A DNA stretch of 64,000 bases. Source: Candidatus Dormiibacterota bacterium. Lineage in GTDB: Bacteria; Chloroflexota; Dormibacteria; Aeolococcales; Aeolococcaceae. The notes under the pieces are model-generated. The model saw only the letters and a list, made by a program, of their open reading frames with translations, was not told the origin of the DNA and did no database searches. Below are positions 41,975 through 52,629 of this stretch, in pieces; within the stretch, counting starts at the first letter, position 1; every line of letters begins with the position of its first letter. Location of the stretch: contig CAVUQX010000005.1 of the NCBI GenBank assembly GCA_963743835.1, positions 78,246 to 142,245 of the forward strand, written 5' to 3'. Both the position numbers and the translations under genes were made by a program.

Positions 41975-43344
41975 CCTCTCTCCCGCAGACCGAGTTGGTG
42001 GGACGCGGGGCGACTGCGGGGGCGGTGCCGATGCGTGTCCCCCCGCACGACAACGAGGCGGAGCAGGCGGTGCTCGGCGGCATCCTCATCGACCGCGAGG
42101 CCCTCTCGATCGTGCGCGACGTGCTCGTCCCCGAGGACTTCTACGCAGAGCGGCACGCGGTGCTGTATCGCGCCGCGCTGGCGCTCGACGATCGTGGCGA
42201 AGCCATCGACACGGTCACGCTGCGCGACCAGCTCGAGCGCGGTCCCGGAATCGGCCGCGCCGGCGGCATGGACTACATCGCGGAGCTGACCCTGGTCGTG
42301 CCCAGCTCGGCAAGCGTCAAGCACTACGCGGACATCGTCATCGCCCACGCGCTCCGGCGGCGCCTCATCGAGGCGGGGGGCAAGGTGAGCCGCCTCGGGT
42401 TCGACAACACCACCCCGGTGGCCGAGGCGATCGACCAGGCGGAGCAGGAGGTGTTCAAGATTGGGCAGGAGAGTCGCGGCTCAGAGATGCGCAACATCGC
42501 GCCGGTGGTGCGCGAATGGTGGGACGTGCTCGAGAAGCGCATCGAGCACAAGCAACTGGTGACCGGCGTGCCCACCAATTTCTCGAAGCTCGACATGCTC
42601 ACCCAGGGGCTGCAGCCCGGGGAGCTCATCATCCTGGCGGCGCGGCCGGCGGTCGGCAAGACGTCGTTCGCCCTCAACATCGCGCGCAACGCCGCGGTGC
42701 TCGCGCGCAGGCCGGTGGTGGTCTTCTCGCTGGAGATGTCGCGGCAGTCGCTCGTGCAGCGGCTCATCTGCAGCGAGGCGCACGTCGACTCCTACATGCT
42801 CCGCACCGGCCAGGCTGATTCGATGGCGTTCCAGAAGATTGCCAAGGCGATGGACACGCTCACCCATGCCGACCTCTGGATCGACAACTCGCCGGGCCTC
42901 GCCATCAACACGCTCCGCGCTCGCGCCCGGCGAATGAAGGCGCAGCACAAGATCGAGCTGATCGTCATCGACTACCTGCAGCTGATGCAGGGAGGACGGC
43001 GCGATTCCCGGGTCCAGGAGGTATCGGACATCTCGTCGGGGCTGAAATCGATCGCCAAGGAGTTGAACATCCCGGTGCTCGCGCTTTCGCAACTCTCGCG
43101 GGCGGCCGAGCAGCGCGACGGCAAGCGCCCGCAGCTCAGCGACCTTCGCGACAGCGGTTCGATCGAGCAGGACGCGGACGTCGTGCTCTTCCTCTACCGG
43201 GAGGGCATGCACAACCGCGAGGTCGACAGGGCCAAGACCGAGCTGATCGTCGCCAAGAACCGCAATGGCCCGGTCGACGACCTGCCCCTGGTGTTCATCG
43301 CCGAGCAAACGGCCTTTCGAGAGCCTTACCTGGCGGCCGAGTAA
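41971..43344 (+). CDS. dnaB: replicative DNA helicase
   Basis: EAEQAVLG, AARPAVGKT, FSLEM, IDYLQL, DLRDSGSIEQDAD, AKNRNGP. Confidence 0.97.
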   Translation: MTSLPQTELVGRGATAGAVPMRVPPHDNEAEQAVLGGILIDREALSIVRDVLVPEDFYAERHAVLYRAALALDDRGEAIDTVTLRDQLERGPGIGRAGGMDYIAELTLVVPSSASVKHYADIVIAHALRRRLIEAGGKVSRLGFDNTTPVAEAIDQAEQEVFKIGQESRGSEMRNIAPVVREWWDVLEKRIEHKQLVTGVPTNFSKLDMLTQGLQPGELIILAARPAVGKTSFALNIARNAAVLARRPVVVFSLEMSRQSLVQRLICSEAHVDSYMLRTGQADSMAFQKIAKAMDTLTHADLWIDNSPGLAINTLRARARRMKAQHKIELIVIDYLQLMQGGRRDSRVQEVSDISSGLKSIAKELNIPVLALSQLSRAAEQRDGKRPQLSDLRDSGSIEQDADVVLFLYREGMHNREVDRAKTELIVAKNRNGPVDDLPLVFIAEQTAFREPYLAAE

Positions 43345-43431
43345 CGCGCCGTCTGCGCTTTGCGTTGCAAGGAGCAGTGGCCGTGTCACGGTACGGCTGA
43401 TGGCACATAGGACCGGTACCACCCTGATTCA

Positions 43432-44589
43432 ATGGAGCCGATGAGACAAGCTCTCCGTATCGCCCGAGCCGTGATCGGGTCCCCCTGGACCCGGGTCAGC
43501 GGAACGGTCGTCGGGCTGGCCATCCTGGCGCGGACCATCAACCTGCCGCAGGCGGTGGCAAGCCTCGCGCATGCCGATCCCCTGTGGATCGCCGCCGCTC
43601 TCGGGCTCACCATGCTCGCGGTCGCCGCCAGCGTCGTCGAATGGGGGGTGCTCCTGCGCACCGCCAACGCGCCTGCCGGCGCCGGCCCGGGTGCGGTGCT
43701 GAGCTGGCGCCGGCTGAGCTCCTCTTACCTCCAGGGCATGTTCTTCACCCAGATGCTGCCCGCCGGTGTCGGCGGCGATTGCATGCGCACCGTCGAGATG
43801 GGCCGCCAGGTCGGCCACGGGAACGTCCTCGCCTCGCTTGCCGGCAGCCGCCTTGCAGGCATGCTGGGGATGACCTGCTGGGGGATCGCCGCCGCGATCC
43901 TGCTCCGGGCGCTGCTTGGCACCGGGGTCGTGATCGTGATCGCGGCGCTCGCCATGGCCGTGGTGATCATCTGGCTCATGGCACTGAGCGCCGACCGCCT
44001 CGTGCCCCATCGGTTGCTCGCCCGCGTCTCGGGAGCACTGAGCCGTGGCGTCCGTTCCTTCAGTGATGCCTTCGCCGGCTACCGCCGCCACCCCCACGCC
44101 GTCGCCCAGTCGCTGCTGGTCGGCGCTGCCGGGTGGGGCTTCAACCTGCTGGCCCTGAGCGTCGCCGCCCGTGCGATCGGGGTGAACCTGAGCTGGACGG
44201 TCCTCGCCGTCACCATCCCGATCACGCTGCTGGTCGCGCTCGCGCCCTTCAGCATCAATGGGCTCGGCCTCCGCGAAGGGGTCCTGGTCGCCCTGCTCTC
44301 CCACAGCGGCGTCTCGGTCGCGCATGCCGGCGCGATCTCGGTGCTCATCGATCTGCAGATGATCCCGTTCGCCGTCCTCGGCGCCGTGCTCTGGTCGCGG
44401 CACCGTCGGAGCAGCCGCTCCCCGGTGGAGCTCGCCATCGAGGTCGCCGCCACCGACGATGTCGCGCTCGCGGGACTGAAGCCTGGTGCGCCTAGACTTC
44501 AGCGGCGTGACCCGGCAGTTCAGCGACTTCCTGGCAGCCCACGCGGCGCGGATCGCCGACCTGTGGGCGAGGCAGATATCACCGGCTGA
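43432..44589 (+). CDS. lysylphosphatidylglycerol synthase TM / flippase-like protein (3' end uncertain)
   Basis: LPAGVGGD..R, PFSINGLGLRE, multiple TM helices. Confidence 0.8.
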   Translation: MEPMRQALRIARAVIGSPWTRVSGTVVGLAILARTINLPQAVASLAHADPLWIAAALGLTMLAVAASVVEWGVLLRTANAPAGAGPGAVLSWRRLSSSYLQGMFFTQMLPAGVGGDCMRTVEMGRQVGHGNVLASLAGSRLAGMLGMTCWGIAAAILLRALLGTGVVIVIAALAMAVVIIWLMALSADRLVPHRLLARVSGALSRGVRSFSDAFAGYRRHPHAVAQSLLVGAAGWGFNLLALSVAARAIGVNLSWTVLAVTIPITLLVALAPFSINGLGLREGVLVALLSHSGVSVAHAGAISVLIDLQMIPFAVLGAVLWSRHRRSSRSPVELAIEVAATDDVALAGLKPGAPRLQRRDPAVQRLPGSPRGADRRPVGEADITG

Positions 44590-45621
44590 CGCCGGTGAAC
44601 CCCTCGATCGCGCCCGCGGACCGCGCCAGTTCGTCAACGCCGTGCTGGTCGCGCTGACCGCAGACGACTTTCGTCCCCTCATCGCCTATCACCACCTGGA
44701 CTGGAGACGGGTATCGAGCGGCGGCTGGGCAAGGCGCTCGCCAATCTCACCGCACTCCGCCAGGTCACCGCCGAGGCGGTGCGTGAGGAGCGGCTCGACC
44801 CCGAGGAGACGCTGGCCCTTGCGTCCATGACCGCCGACGACATCGAGGCCGTCGGACAGCACCTCGCCGCGTCCTCGGTGGCAGCCCTGGAGCACCGCCT
44901 GATCAGTGCGACCTCGGAGTCGTCGGCGCGGGGCACATCGCTATCGATCACCATGCACGAGCTCCGCCGCCCGCTGACGATCCTCAACAGTTACGGGCAG
45001 CTGCTCAGCGCCGGCATGCTCGGCGCGCTCCCCGAGACTGCGATCGTGGCCATCGAGGGCATCACCGCGAGCACCGAGATGATGGTGCGCATGGTCAACG
45101 CCCTGGCTGAGCTGGCGCGCCTCGAGGACCCCGACGACCACCTGGCGCTCGAGGTCATGGACGCGGAGGACGTGGTTGCCGAGGCCATCGAGCACGTTGC
45201 CATGGAGGCGAAGCTGCGGGAGTCGCCCATCAGCAGCGAGTGCGCCCATGGGATGACCATCAAGGGCGACCGGCGGCGGCTGATCCTCGCGCTCACCAAC
45301 CTGCTCGGCAACGCCGTCAAGCACGGGCCCACGGGGTCGCCAATCGAGGTGCTCGCCGCGCGCGAGGGCGATTCGGTGCGCTTCACGGTCCGCGACCATG
45401 GAACCGGCTTCCCGGTCGTCGACACCGGGCACCTCTTCGACAAGTACTTCCGGTCGGTCGCCGAGCGGCAGCGGAAGGTTCCAGGGAGCGGGCTCGGCCT
45501 CTACATCGTGCGCACGGTGGCCGAGCGGCATGGCGGAACCGTGGCGGCGCGCAGCGTCCCGGGCAGCGGCGCCGAGTTCGACATGACGATCCCGCTGCAT
45601 CGAGAGGAGACGAGTGCATGA
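44486..45621 (+). CDS. cytoplasmic HisKA sensor kinase (indel at ~44700)
   Basis: HELRRPL, NLLGNAVKH, DHGTG, GSGLGL; N-terminal helical domain in ORF 44486-44830. Confidence 0.85.
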
Positions 45622-47039
45622 TCACGACCGCGACCAGGACCGAACGCGACTCGATGGGTGAGTTCGAGGTCCCGGCGGACGCCTACTACGGCGCCAACAC
45701 CATGCGCGCGAAGGTCAACTTTCCGATCAGCGATCTGCGCCTGCCCCGCGGGTTCATCCGCGCCATCGGGCTCATCAAGCAGCAGGCGGCCCTGGTCAAC
45801 CGCGAGCTGGGGCTGCTCGACGAGAACCTTGCCGGCGCGATCATCCGTGCCGCCCAGGACGTCGTCGACGGGGCGCTCGACGGGGAGTTCATCGTCGATG
45901 TGTTCCAGACCGGGAGCGGGACCTCGACGAACATGAACGCCAACGAGGTGATCGCCAACCGGGCCATCGAGTTGCTCGGTGGGGAGCGCGGCTCGCGAAC
46001 CCCGGTGCATCCCAACGACCACGTCAACCTCGGCCAATCGAGCAACGACGTGATTCCCACCGCGATTCAGGTGGCTGCCGCGGTCTCAATCCGCGAGGAG
46101 ACCATCCCCGCGCTGGAGATCCTCGAGGCATCGCTGCGGCGCAAGTCCGAGGAGTTCTGGCCGGTGATCAAGACCGGCCGCACCCACCTTCAGGACGCGA
46201 CGCCGATCCGGCTCGGGCAGGAGTTCCTCGGCTACGCGGGGCAGACGGAGCGGGCGCGCCTGCGCTGCGATGAGGCGGTTGCCACGCTCGCCGAGCTGCC
46301 GCTCGGGGGAACTGCGGTCGGGACCGGCGTCGGCACCCACCCGGAGTTCCCGCCCAGGGTGATCGCGCTGCTCGCGTCCGACCTGGGCATCCCGTTCCGG
46401 GAGACCGGGAATCACTTCAGCGGCCAGTCGACCCTCGACGCCGTCGTCTCAGCGAGTGGCGCGCTGCGCGCCGTCGCCGTTTCCATGTTCAAGATCGCCA
46501 ACGACCTCCGCCTGCTCGGGTGCGGCCCGCGCGCGGGGATCGCGGAGATCGCGATTCCGGCGGTGCAGCCGGGCTCGTCGATCATGCCCGGGAAGGTGAA
46601 CCCGGTCATCTGCGAGTCGGTGACGATGGTGGCAGCGCAGGTGATCGGCAACGACGCGACCATCGCCTTCTGTGGGTCCGCCGGGTCGCTTCTTGAGTTG
46701 AATGTGATGATGCCGGTCGCCGCTTATGACGTCCTCCAGTCGGCATCGCTGCTCGCCGCGTCTGCGCGCAACCTCGCCAGCCAGTGTGTGGACGGGATCA
46801 CCGCCACCGAGAACGGCCCGGCGATGGTCGAGCGCGGTCTGATGCTTTGCACCGCGCTTGCGCCGGTCATCGGGTACGACGCCGCGGCGGCGATCGCCAA
46901 GGAGGCGTACAACACCGGCCGGACGGTGCGCGAGGTCGCCCGCGAACGAAGCGGTCTCAGCGAGACCGAGTTGACACGGCTGCTCGACCCCGAGGCGATG
47001 ACCCACCCCGGACGCGACTCCGGGGCCGCCGGAGGCTGA
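45618..47039 (+). CDS. fumC: class II fumarate hydratase
   Basis: QTGSGTSTNMN, GRTHLQDATP, GSSIMPGKVNP. Confidence 0.95.
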   Translation: MITTATRTERDSMGEFEVPADAYYGANTMRAKVNFPISDLRLPRGFIRAIGLIKQQAALVNRELGLLDENLAGAIIRAAQDVVDGALDGEFIVDVFQTGSGTSTNMNANEVIANRAIELLGGERGSRTPVHPNDHVNLGQSSNDVIPTAIQVAAAVSIREETIPALEILEASLRRKSEEFWPVIKTGRTHLQDATPIRLGQEFLGYAGQTERARLRCDEAVATLAELPLGGTAVGTGVGTHPEFPPRVIALLASDLGIPFRETGNHFSGQSTLDAVVSASGALRAVAVSMFKIANDLRLLGCGPRAGIAEIAIPAVQPGSSIMPGKVNPVICESVTMVAAQVIGNDATIAFCGSAGSLLELNVMMPVAAYDVLQSASLLAASARNLASQCVDGITATENGPAMVERGLMLCTALAPVIGYDAAAAIAKEAYNTGRTVREVARERSGLSETELTRLLDPEAMTHPGRDSGAAGG

Positions 47040-47040
47040 C

Positions 47041-47901
47041 ATGACAGCCGGGCGCACCCTGGCGGTCGTGGGTGCGGGCGCGATGGGCAGTCAGATCGCC
47101 TACCAGGCAGCGCTGCACGGGTACGACGTCCGCCTGATCAGCCGCAGCGACGACCGGTTGCGCAGCGCCAGCATGACGTGCGCGACGCTGCTCCGCCGTC
47201 GTGTCGAGAAGGGAAAGCTCGACGGCGATGCCTGCGAGTCGGCGCTCGCCAGGGTAACCCTCGGATCCGACTTCGCCGCGGTCGCCGGCGCCGGCACGAT
47301 CATCGAGTTGGTCGCCGAGGATCGCGACGTGAAGCGCGAGGTGTACGCGCGCATCTGCGAGCATTCGGACGATACCGCCATCATCGGCACGAACTCGTCG
47401 ACGCTGCCGTCGTCGTTGCTCGAGGATGCGGTCACGCACTCCGGGCGATTCCTCAACATCCACTTCTTCAACCCCGCGCTGCTGATGACGCTCGTGGAGG
47501 TGGTCCCCGGTCCACATACGGCCGAGGATGCGATCGTGCGCGCCATGGACTTCGCCCGGGCGATCGGGAAGACGCCGGTCCGGCTGGCTCGCGAGGAGTA
47601 TGGCTTCATCGCGAATCGCATCCTGTTCATCGCCATCCAGGAGGCCATGCACCTCGTGCAGGGCGGCTACCTCTCCGTCGAGGAGTGCGACCTCGCGGTG
47701 CGCAACGCGCTGGGCTGGCCGATGGGACCGTTTCAACTCTCGGACCTGGTCGGGCTCGACGTGGTCGAGGCCATCCTCGACGAGGGCTTCCGTCAGACCG
47801 GGGACCAGCGCTGGGAGCCGGTCGAGATGCTCCGCGATCTTGTTGCGCGCGGAAAGCTTGGTCACAAAACCGGTGGAGGGTTCACGACCGCGCCGTCCTG
47901 A
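47041..47901 (+). CDS. 3-hydroxyacyl-CoA dehydrogenase family
   Basis: GAGAMG, NSSTL, HFFNP..LVE, MGPF..D.VGLD. Confidence 0.9.
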   Translation: MTAGRTLAVVGAGAMGSQIAYQAALHGYDVRLISRSDDRLRSASMTCATLLRRRVEKGKLDGDACESALARVTLGSDFAAVAGAGTIIELVAEDRDVKREVYARICEHSDDTAIIGTNSSTLPSSLLEDAVTHSGRFLNIHFFNPALLMTLVEVVPGPHTAEDAIVRAMDFARAIGKTPVRLAREEYGFIANRILFIAIQEAMHLVQGGYLSVEECDLAVRNALGWPMGPFQLSDLVGLDVVEAILDEGFRQTGDQRWEPVEMLRDLVARGKLGHKTGGGFTTAPS

Positions 47902-47956
47902 GTGCGCTGTCAGACCTGCGATGCGGAAGGGTGCAGCGCCGACCGCAGAGACGGGT

Positions 47957-48817
47957 TCACAACAGTGCGAAGGCCTCGAGCACGTCGGCGACACCACCGT
48001 CCTGCGGTGGCGCGCAGGTGGCGTCAGCGGCGGCGAGCACGTCAGGGCGTGAAGTCGACACGGCCACAGAGTATCCCGCTGCGGTCAGCAGTTCGACGTC
48101 GTTGGGAGCGTCGCCCACCGCGAGCGCGTCAGCCAGCTTGTAGCCGAGGCGCGCGCAGACGATCTCGCAGCCGACGGCTTTGCTGATATCCGGATCGAGG
48201 ATCTCGACAAACTCGGGATTCGAGCGGGTGACACGTGCGCCGCCGGCGAGCTCTCGCGTCATCAGCGCGGTCGCGCGATCCACCTCGGCGGGATCCTCGA
48301 TGACGCATGCTGCCTTGGTCGTGCCGTGCTCCAGCAGTGGATCGAGGTCAGGGATGACCCGGAAGTGCACGCCGCTGATGTGCGCGTACAGCCGCGCCTC
48401 AGGGCGATCCCGCTCGCAGAGCAGTTCGTCGTTTTGATATGCCTGGAAGTGCCAGTCCTGCTCGCGAGCGATGTGCAGCGCCCGACGCGCCGGCACCGCC
48501 TGGAGTGGCTGCTCAAAGATGGTGCTCCCCGGCGATCCATCCTGACGAGGCGTTTCCCGGACCATCGCGCCCTGGTAGCAGACCAGCGGTTCGACCACGC
48601 TGAGCTCGACCGCCCAGTACAGTGCGGAGCGGTACATGCGTCCGGTGGCCACGATCACCGGCATGCGCGCGGCCACCGCGCGAACTGCCTCGCGCACGCG
48701 AGGTTGCAGGTTCTGCTGGTAGTCGATGGTCGTGCCGTCGAGATCGAGCACCACCACACGAGGGACGAATGCCCCGGGAAGGGAGCGCATCGCGCTGATG
48801 TCGACAGGCAGGCTCAT
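47957..48817 (-). CDS. Cof-type HAD-IIB hydrolase
   Basis: DLDGT, ATGR, GDAPND. Confidence 0.9.
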   Translation of the reverse strand: MSLPVDISAMRSLPGAFVPRVVVLDLDGTTIDYQQNLQPRVREAVRAVAARMPVIVATGRMYRSALYWAVELSVVEPLVCYQGAMVRETPRQDGSPGSTIFEQPLQAVPARRALHIAREQDWHFQAYQNDELLCERDRPEARLYAHISGVHFRVIPDLDPLLEHGTTKAACVIEDPAEVDRATALMTRELAGGARVTRSNPEFVEILDPDISKAVGCEIVCARLGYKLADALAVGDAPNDVELLTAAGYSVAVSTSRPDVLAAADATCAPPQDGGVADVLEAFALL

Positions 48818-49036
48818 CCGGTCCCCGAACACGCTGAGGCGGTCTTCTGGCATCACAAGGATCATACGAACCCGCGCCAGCGGGTTCCTCCAGCGTCATG
48901 ACGATCATACGAAGGCGTGAACGGTTGAATTCGGGGTAGACTGACTACTGTCTTGCGTTCGTCCTCTCGCGCGCGGTTTGGTAGACCGCTCGCCGCAAGG
49001 CCCCGTCCCGTCGCAACGGCGCCGGTCGATGAGGCC

Positions 49037-50203
49037 TTGAGCACAATCATTCCCGAACCGGTCAGCTTCAGCGAGCTCGCCTTGAGCGTCGCCATGCAGA
49101 ACACGGTTGCCGAGCTCGGGTACACGATGGCGACGCCGATCCAGGCCGGCTCACTGCCCTTCGCGATGGCCGGGCGCGACGTCATCGGCCAGGCCCAGAC
49201 CGGGAGCGGCAAGACCGCCGCCTTTGGCATTCCGATCATCGAGCGACTCGATCCTCGGGACGGACCGGTGCAGGCGCTGGTGCTCTGCCCGACGCGCGAG
49301 CTGGCGGTCCAGGTGCACGACGAGCTCACCCGGCTCGGCAAGCGTCACGAGCTGCGGAGCGTTGCGATCTATGGCGGCGACTCGATCGGACGTCAAATGG
49401 AAGAGCTGCGCCAGGGCGCGCACATCGTCGTGGCGACCCCGGGCCGGCTCGGCGACCACATCCAGCGCCGATCGCTCACGCTCGCCAACGTGCGCGTCTG
49501 CGTGCTCGATGAGGCCGACCGCATGCTCGACATGGGTTTCGCGCCCGACGTCGAACGCATCCTCCGGCAGTGCCCTCCACAGCGACAGACGCTGCTGTTC
49601 AGCGCGACCATGCCCGAGTGGGTGCGCAGGCTTGCGCTCCGCCACATGCACGACCCGGAGACCGTGGAGATCAGCACCCGGCCCGAGATCCCGTCCGAGG
49701 TGCGTCAGCTCTATGTGCAGACGACCTGGGCGAACAAGACGGATGCGCTGGCGCAGATCCTCGATCAGCCCGACGTTGTGATGGCGCTGATCTTCGTGGA
49801 GACGAAGCGCACTGCCGACGTTCTGCAGGCGCAACTCGGTGGGCGCGGCTACCAGGTGGGGCTGCTGCATGGCGACCTCACCCAGCGGGAGCGGGATCGC
49901 GCGATGCAGCAATTCCGCGCTTCGCATATCAAGTACCTCATCGCCACCAACGTCGCGGCGCGCGGGCTCGACATCGACGACATCTCACACGTGATCAACT
50001 ACGACGTCCCGCTCACCCCGGACGAATACCTGCACCGCGTCGGCAGGACGGGACGCGCCGGCCGGGCAGGCGTCGCTGTCACATTGATCACTCCCAGCGA
50101 GATCCTCAAGCTGCGCGACGTGGAGAAGCACGCGCGCACGCATATCGAGCCGGCAACCCTCGAGGAGGATTTCCCCGCGCTCGTGGTCAGCGCCGAAGCT
50201 TAA
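49037..50203 (+). CDS. DEAD-box RNA helicase (start approximate)
   Basis: TPIQ, AQTGSGKT, PTRELA, DEAD, SAT, ARGLD, HRVGRTGR. Confidence 0.95.
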   Translation: MSTIIPEPVSFSELALSVAMQNTVAELGYTMATPIQAGSLPFAMAGRDVIGQAQTGSGKTAAFGIPIIERLDPRDGPVQALVLCPTRELAVQVHDELTRLGKRHELRSVAIYGGDSIGRQMEELRQGAHIVVATPGRLGDHIQRRSLTLANVRVCVLDEADRMLDMGFAPDVERILRQCPPQRQTLLFSATMPEWVRRLALRHMHDPETVEISTRPEIPSEVRQLYVQTTWANKTDALAQILDQPDVVMALIFVETKRTADVLQAQLGGRGYQVGLLHGDLTQRERDRAMQQFRASHIKYLIATNVAARGLDIDDISHVINYDVPLTPDEYLHRVGRTGRAGRAGVAVTLITPSEILKLRDVEKHARTHIEPATLEEDFPALVVSAEA

Positions 50204-50219
50204 AGTCCGCCCGACAGAG

Positions 50220-50999
50220 ATGCTGCCGGCCATCCACGACTCGGGTACTGGCGAAGCGGTGCTCTTCCTTCACGCGTTCACCCTCGACGCCTCGCAGTGG
50301 GACCACCAGGTCGCCGCACTGTCCGACCGCGTGCGCTGCATCCGGCCCGACGTGTGGGGCTGCGGCGACTCGCCGGCGCCGCCCGACGCCGAGCCCACCC
50401 TCGACGGATTCGCGACCGCGGTGCTCGATGCGCTCGATGCCCGACACCTCGACCGCATCGCTGTCGTCGGCCTCTCGATGGGCGGTTACCTCGCTTTGGC
50501 CCTCTGGCGCCTGGCACCGGAACGCATCCGCGCGCTGGTGCTCTGCAACACGCGCGCCGGTGCGGACACCGCGGAAGCGCGGAGTGACCGCCTCGCGATG
50601 GCCGAACTCGTCGAGCGCGAGCAATCCGTCGAGCCGATCGTCGAGCCGATGGTGGCGCGGCTGCTGAGCCCCCACGCACAGGCGGAGGCGCATATCGTCG
50701 ACCCGGTGCGCGGACGCATCCGCCGATGCACGTCCGCGGGAATCGCATTCGCGCAGCGCGCCATGGCGGGTCGACCCGACAGCACCGCGCTGCTCGCATC
50801 GATCAACGTCCCCACCCTGGTCATCGCCGGCACCCAGGACGCGATCATCCCAACCTCGGAAGTTCTTGCCATAGCTGACGATATCCCGAAAGCACGGTTC
50901 GTCGAGCTCGACTGTGGCCACGTGAGCAACCTCGAGCTCCCTCGCGTGGTCAGCGATGAGCTCGCTTCCTTCCTCGTCCCGGCGACAATGTCGTCATGA
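50220..50999 (+). CDS. alpha/beta hydrolase
   Basis: GLSMGG nucleophile elbow, G..D, GH. Confidence 0.85.
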   Translation: MLPAIHDSGTGEAVLFLHAFTLDASQWDHQVAALSDRVRCIRPDVWGCGDSPAPPDAEPTLDGFATAVLDALDARHLDRIAVVGLSMGGYLALALWRLAPERIRALVLCNTRAGADTAEARSDRLAMAELVEREQSVEPIVEPMVARLLSPHAQAEAHIVDPVRGRIRRCTSAGIAFAQRAMAGRPDSTALLASINVPTLVIAGTQDAIIPTSEVLAIADDIPKARFVELDCGHVSNLELPRVVSDELASFLVPATMSS

Positions 51000-51187
51000 G
51001 CCAACTCCCCCAGGATCTCCTCGACATCCTCGCCTGTCCGAGTTGCCGCGGACCGCTCGTGGTCGAGCCGGAGTCACTGCGATGCGATGTCTGCCGGCTG
51101 CGCTACCGCGCCGACAACGGCATCCCGGTGATGCTGATCAGCGAAGCGGAACACTTCGACAGTGAGGCGCCGCCTGCGACGGACTGA
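50996..51187 (+). CDS. Trm112-like (UPF0434) protein
   Basis: LLDILACPSC..L.C..C..Y...GIPVML..EA. Confidence 0.9.
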   Translation: MSQLPQDLLDILACPSCRGPLVVEPESLRCDVCRLRYRADNGIPVMLISEAEHFDSEAPPATD

Positions 51188-51237
51188 ACCGGAGAGTGCG
51201 GAGCCTAGTCTGCAAGCGGCCGCTGATATCTCAGGGC

Positions 51238-51373
51238 CGTCCGGGTGGCGGGGCGGGGGGAAGCGCCGATCTGCTGACCGGCGCCGCGCAGGACGGTCCC
51301 AGAACACTGGTCGGTTGGGAGTCAGACCGGGCAGCTGAGCGGCGAGGGGCCCCGCTCCGACAGGCCCCGGACG
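51238..51373 (+). ncRNA. structured repeat family A, copy 2
   Basis: Homologous to 5115-5252 (reverse complement); lies within a segment flanked by the 13-bp direct repeat GAGAGTGCGGAGC. Confidence 0.6.
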
Positions 51374-51386
51374 AGAGTGCGGAGCT

Positions 51387-52574
51387 TCACGCGACGCCGA
51401 CCGCTTCGGTGGCGACCGATGACGGAGCGGCGCAGAAGCCCTCGTAGTCGATGGGTTCGGTGATCGTGGGATTTTCCCCGCACACCGGGCACTGGGGGTC
51501 TCGCGGAACGCGGAATTCGCGGAACTTCATGGCCAGCGCATCGATGTGGAGCAGCCGTCCGGTGAGCAGGTCACCGGCGCCCGTGATCAGCTTGATGACC
51601 TCGGTCGCCTGGAGGACGCCGACGATCCCCGGGAGCACCCCGAGCACACCCGCTTCGGCGCAGGACGGAGCCTCCTCCGGCGGTGGCGGCGAGGGGTAGC
51701 GGCAGCGGTAGCATGGCGACTGGAAGGGCACGACCGTGGTGACCTGTCCTTCGAAGCGGAAGATCCCGCCGTCGACCATCGGCTTTTTGGCAAAGATGGC
51801 CACATCATTGGCGAGGTACCGCGTCGGGAAGTTGTCGCAGCCGTTGACGATGATGTCGTACTGATCGAAGATCTCGCGCGCGTTCTCGCCGCTGAGCACC
51901 ACGTTGTGCTCGACCACGCGGACATCGCTGTTGAGCGCCGTGAGCGCGATGCGGGCGGACGCAGTCTTGAGCATGCCGATCCGATCCTCGGTATGGAGGA
52001 TCTGGCGCTGCAGGTTGCTGCGGTCGACGGTGTCGAAATCGACGAAGCCGATCGTGCCAACGCCCGCGGCCGCGAGATAAAGCGCGGCGGGACTCCCAAG
52101 CCCACCCGCACCGATGAGGAGCACCCGCGCATCGAGCAGCTTCGCCTGTCCCTCGACGCCGATCTCGGGAATGAGCAGGTGGCGGCTGTAGCGCTGCTGT
52201 TGCTGTGCGGTCAGGACCCGCGGGACGATGAAGTCGAAACCGGCCTGCTTCCAGGCACCGTACCCGCCCGCCATCGATTGCACGTTGGTGTAGCCGAGCT
52301 CCTGCAGGGCTCGCGCGGCGAGCAGGGACCGAACCCCACCCGCGCAGTACAGGGTGATCGGGGTATCTCGCTTGGGCACCGAGTCCTCGATCCGGGTCTC
52401 GATGAATCCCTTGCTCAAATGCATTGCGCCGGGGATGTAGCCCTCGTCGAACTCGCTGCGCTCACGTACGTCGATCAGGGTCCGGGATCCCGCCGCGGCG
52501 CGAACCTGTTGTGGAGAGACCTCGGGGACGGTGCTCCGTGCGTCGTCGAGGAGGTCGCGAGAAGACTTGGCCAT
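51387..52574 (-). CDS. moeB: rhodanese-MoeB/ThiF adenylyltransferase
   Basis: N-terminal rhodanese (YCAGGVRS), RYSRH, GAGGLG, SNLQRQ, CYRC, CPVC. Confidence 0.9.
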   Translation of the reverse strand: MAKSSRDLLDDARSTVPEVSPQQVRAAAGSRTLIDVRERSEFDEGYIPGAMHLSKGFIETRIEDSVPKRDTPITLYCAGGVRSLLAARALQELGYTNVQSMAGGYGAWKQAGFDFIVPRVLTAQQQQRYSRHLLIPEIGVEGQAKLLDARVLLIGAGGLGSPAALYLAAAGVGTIGFVDFDTVDRSNLQRQILHTEDRIGMLKTASARIALTALNSDVRVVEHNVVLSGENAREIFDQYDIIVNGCDNFPTRYLANDVAIFAKKPMVDGGIFRFEGQVTTVVPFQSPCYRCRYPSPPPPEEAPSCAEAGVLGVLPGIVGVLQATEVIKLITGAGDLLTGRLLHIDALAMKFREFRVPRDPQCPVCGENPTITEPIDYEGFCAAPSSVATEAVGVA

Positions 52575-52629
52575 GCAACCAGTCTACCCAAAACCTATCG
52601 AAACTTGACCCAGACGGTCTGGATTCGCT

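Noticed and set aside
41971-43344. Intein in DnaB
   Set aside because: At 457 aa the length is normal and the motifs are contiguous.
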